Shown: positions 61,156 through 64,000 of the stretch, one piece after another
Position numbering within the stretch: the first letter of the stretch is position 1
How the letters are laid out: each line of letters opens with the position of its first letter
Assembly (NCBI GenBank): GCA_030390025.1
Contig: CM059432.1
Coordinates: 25,670,001-25,734,000 of the forward strand
Source of the DNA: Squalus acanthias
Lineage: Eukaryota
Length of the DNA: 64,000 bases
Direction: 5' to 3'
Notes under the pieces: generated by a model
Databases searched by the model: none
Seen by the model: only the letters and a program-made list of their open reading frames with translations
Told to the model about the DNA's origin: nothing
Position numbers and translations under genes: made by a program

Positions 61156-61966
61156 GGGCTGGATTTTGCCAGCCAAGACGAGTTGGGGATGGGACTGCTG
61201 CCTTTCGGGTTCTAGTCCCGCCCCCAGCGACGTCTGATGAACGCACGCTATTTTCCCTTGATTGGCCTTGTTAAGCCTGCCCTGCGGGCTGACCGGCCAA
61301 CTAGGGGAAAGCCAGTGACAGATGATGTCAGCGTATGACGCTTCATCTGTCGAAAAAATTTTGACAGATGAATTGTCAGCATTTGACAGCTTTGAGAAGC
61401 TGTCAAACACTGACAATCTCTGTTCTATGGTGAGCCCTTGCACAAAGGCTCACCAAGACTTCTCTCCTCAGCAGAAAGCAGATGGCTGCACCATCTGAGA
61501 ATGCAGAAGGATTCTGTCCTCAACGGTTGAAGCCTGCAGGAAGAAGCAAAGGTAAGGAAACTTTTTCTAACACTTTACACTCACCTCTCATACTTATCTG
61601 TCCACATTTGCACCCATCATTCACCTCTACAGCTGACATTTTGACCCCTTTCACCCCCGCAGACCCATTGCTCGCCTCGCTGACCCTGGCGAGGTTCACA
61701 GTCATCGGGAAGCCCGCAGCAGAAGGCTCAAAATGGGGAAAAACCTCAAAACTGCCTGTTAACTACCTGTTAACAGGCAGTTAATTGGCTCTAATCCCCT
61801 TCCCGCCTCGAGGAGACGGGTCCTTGCGCGACTCGGGGATCCGCCTCCCGGGAAAATGGCACGGAGGTGGGTTGGGAGCGGGGTCGGTATCCGCTCCCAG
61901 TTTCTGCCATTTTCCAGGCAGTCCCGCCTCCAAACCTGCCTCCTCAGGGCTGGGAAAATTCCCCCC
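61156..61966 (+). mobile_element. About 0.8-kb Harbinger-type MITE (copy 3, uninterrupted)
   Basis: Termini gggctggattttgcc / gggaaaattcccccc; internal palindromes catctgtc..gacagatg and tgacagct..agctgtca. Confidence 0.82.
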
Positions 61967-62476
61967 AAGGTTTCAATAACCCTCTGCACAAGGAAATTTC
62001 TCCTAACCTCTCTCTTCACTCTCAGTGAGAATTTTAAATTGATATTCCCTCATCATTGACTCTCTATTCACTCTATCAAAACTCTTCATAATTTAAAAAA
62101 TCTATACTAAATCTCCTCATAGCCTTCTTTGCTTCAGTGAAGATAGTCCTAGTATCTCAAAACTCTCTTCATAACTATAGTTTCCAATCCCTGGCATCAC
62201 TCTGGTGGATGCTTGCTACAGCTTTAATGTCCTTTTTATAATGTACTTTAACTGTGACTTTTGCACAAACTTATCATTATTACATTCCTTTTCCACTCTG
62301 TGCCTCTATTTATAAAACCCAAGATGGTGTTGGCCTTCTTTACGGCTTTATCTAACTGCACTTACATTTTTAAGGAATTAATTGGACCCTTTGGTCTCAG
62401 TGCCTTTCCATTGATTATGTACTCCCATTCCATGTTTTTCCTCACAAAATGTAGTACCTCTCACTTATCTATATTA

Positions 62477-63030
62477 CAACAACAACAACTTATATTTATA
62501 TAGTGTCTTTAACGTAGTAAAACATCCCAAGGCGCTTCACAGGAGCGTTATCAAACAAAATTTGACACCGAGCCACATAAGGAGATATTAGGGCAGATCA
62601 CAAAAGCTTCGTCAAAGAGGTAAGTTTTAAGGAGCGTCTTAAAAGGAGGAAAGAGTGGTAGAGAGGCGGAGAGGTTTAGGGAGGGAATTCCAGACTTAGG
62701 TCCTCGGCAGCTTGTAGGCATGGCTGCCAAAGGTGAAGCAATTAAAATCAGGGATGCGCAAGAGGCCAGAATTGGAAGAGCACAGATATCTCGGAGGGTT
62801 GTAGGGCTGAAGGCAGTTACAGAGATAGGGAGGGGCGAACCATGGAGGGATTTGAAAACAAGGATGAGAATTTTAAAATCGAGGCGTTGCTCAACCGAGA
62901 GCCAATGTAGGTCAGCGAGCCCTGGGATGATGGGTTTAGGATACGGGCAGCAGAGATTTGGATAAGCTTAAGTTTATGGAGGGTGGAAGATGGGAGTGCA
63001 TTGGAATAGTCAATTCTAGAGGTAACAAAC
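62477..63030 (-). mobile_element. L2 LINE 3' fragment
   Basis: (caa)n tail, FVTSRIDYSNAL, imperfect TSD cttatctatatta / cttatctgcatta. Confidence 0.88.
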
Positions 63031-63904
63031 ATATCTTATCTGCATTAAATTACATCTGCTACCTGTCTTCCCATCCCACAAACACCTTCCTGAAGTCATT
63101 TACATTCCTTGCTGTTTCCCAAATCTTCTACTTTTGTGTCATCAGACGAGTTTGAGATAGACCTGGAATTTCCTCGAACAGTGTAACTGGTGAGTTTCTA
63201 CGCCCATCTTGCCAACCAGTACTTAAGCTGAAATGTCCTACCAACCTCATTAGCATATGCTGGAACGTAAAAACTGGGGGAAATTAGTGTAGACAGTTGG
63301 GGCCTGAGGAAAGTGCAGAACTTATGCCTTATTCCTTCTTTAAGTCCCTCTGATGTGTGAAAGTTAAAGTTCGGTGCCATCAAACTGTTATTTATGCATA
63401 TAAGCTGCACATGTTTAAGAAAATGTAACTGTGGAAGTTTAAAATGTAACTCATTCTGATGCCATAAAAATAGATTCAAAGAAACAGAAAATACAGTGCA
63501 GTGAGGCGAAATGAAAAATATCGCGTAAAAATTGTCATAAAACACCAGAAATATAACTTTGAATCCCGCTGCGCCTAGGGGTAAATTCACAGCCCATTCA
63601 GAAGTGGCGTAAACGCAGGAAAGTTGAACACTCTGGTCTTTTATCTGGGGACGGAGCAATGTTAATGAGTGGCAGAGGGTTTTGGCGGAGGTTATGCTGA
63701 ATAAGCACAATAGATCGAGGAAACTCGGGCGTAACATAAAAATCAGCGCAAATTTCCTCGGTCTTTTATTGACCTCTTCGGTGACCACGTTCTGGAGAGT
63801 TCAATCTAGAAATTCTTCATGCTCCCTGATACTGCAGAGAGTGGCCAATTGTTACTTGAACAAAGAGGTCCTCTGCTCCAGAGACTCAATTTTCTAATAC
63901 TTTA

Positions 63905-63985
63905 AAAAGAAAAGAAAGACTTGCATTTATATAGCGCCTTTCACGACCACCGGACATCCCAAAGCGCTTTACAGCCAGTTAACTA
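63905..63985 (-). mobile_element. DeuSINE 3' tail
   Basis: aaagaaagacttgcatttatatagcgcctttcacgaccaccggacatcccaaagcgctttacagcca. Confidence 0.8.
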
Positions 63986-64000
63986 CTTGGAAAAAAAAAT

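Larger units (their letters stand above)
60953..63180 (-). mobile_element. Old CR1 fragment hosting a MITE and an L2
   Basis: catagaatgatagaag tail; CR1 sequence resumes at about 61967-62476 and 63035-63180. Confidence 0.75.

Noticed and set aside
63198..63788. 196-aa minus-strand ORF
   Set aside because: No recognisable domain or splice context; it partly overlaps a probable decayed MITE (about 63577-63780).

Overview
Eukaryotic, repeat-dense genomic DNA, almost certainly from a cartilaginous fish. This is inferred from its mix of CR1, L2 and RTE LINEs, AmnSINE1/DeuSINE-like and LF-SINE-like SINEs, and Penelope fragments. No intact host protein-coding gene is recognisable, and nearly all listed ORFs are transposon remnants or their antisense shadows. 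Main contents: many CR1 copies; a second CR1/L2-group LINE family (called family B here); L2, RTE and Tx1 fragments; a decayed Gypsy element (14.0-20.6 kb); solo LTRs; and a near-complete PIF/Harbinger transposon (50135-54127) with a spliced Myb/SANT gene and a convergent DDE transposase, plus several non-autonomous relatives. Most notable observations: (1) short TSD-flanked Penelope-like inserts carrying minimal hammerhead-ribozyme motifs, one a 97-bp-arm palindrome with a motif on each strand; (2) a Harbinger derivative that keeps Myb but has an unrecognised spliced sequence in place of the transposase core; (3) sequence scars of a 2.6-kb inversion between CR1 copies and of an ectopic copy of an L2/CR1 junction; (4) a few candidate host exons and enhancer-like unique segments. 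Repeat family names come from recalled consensus motifs, not from a database search.
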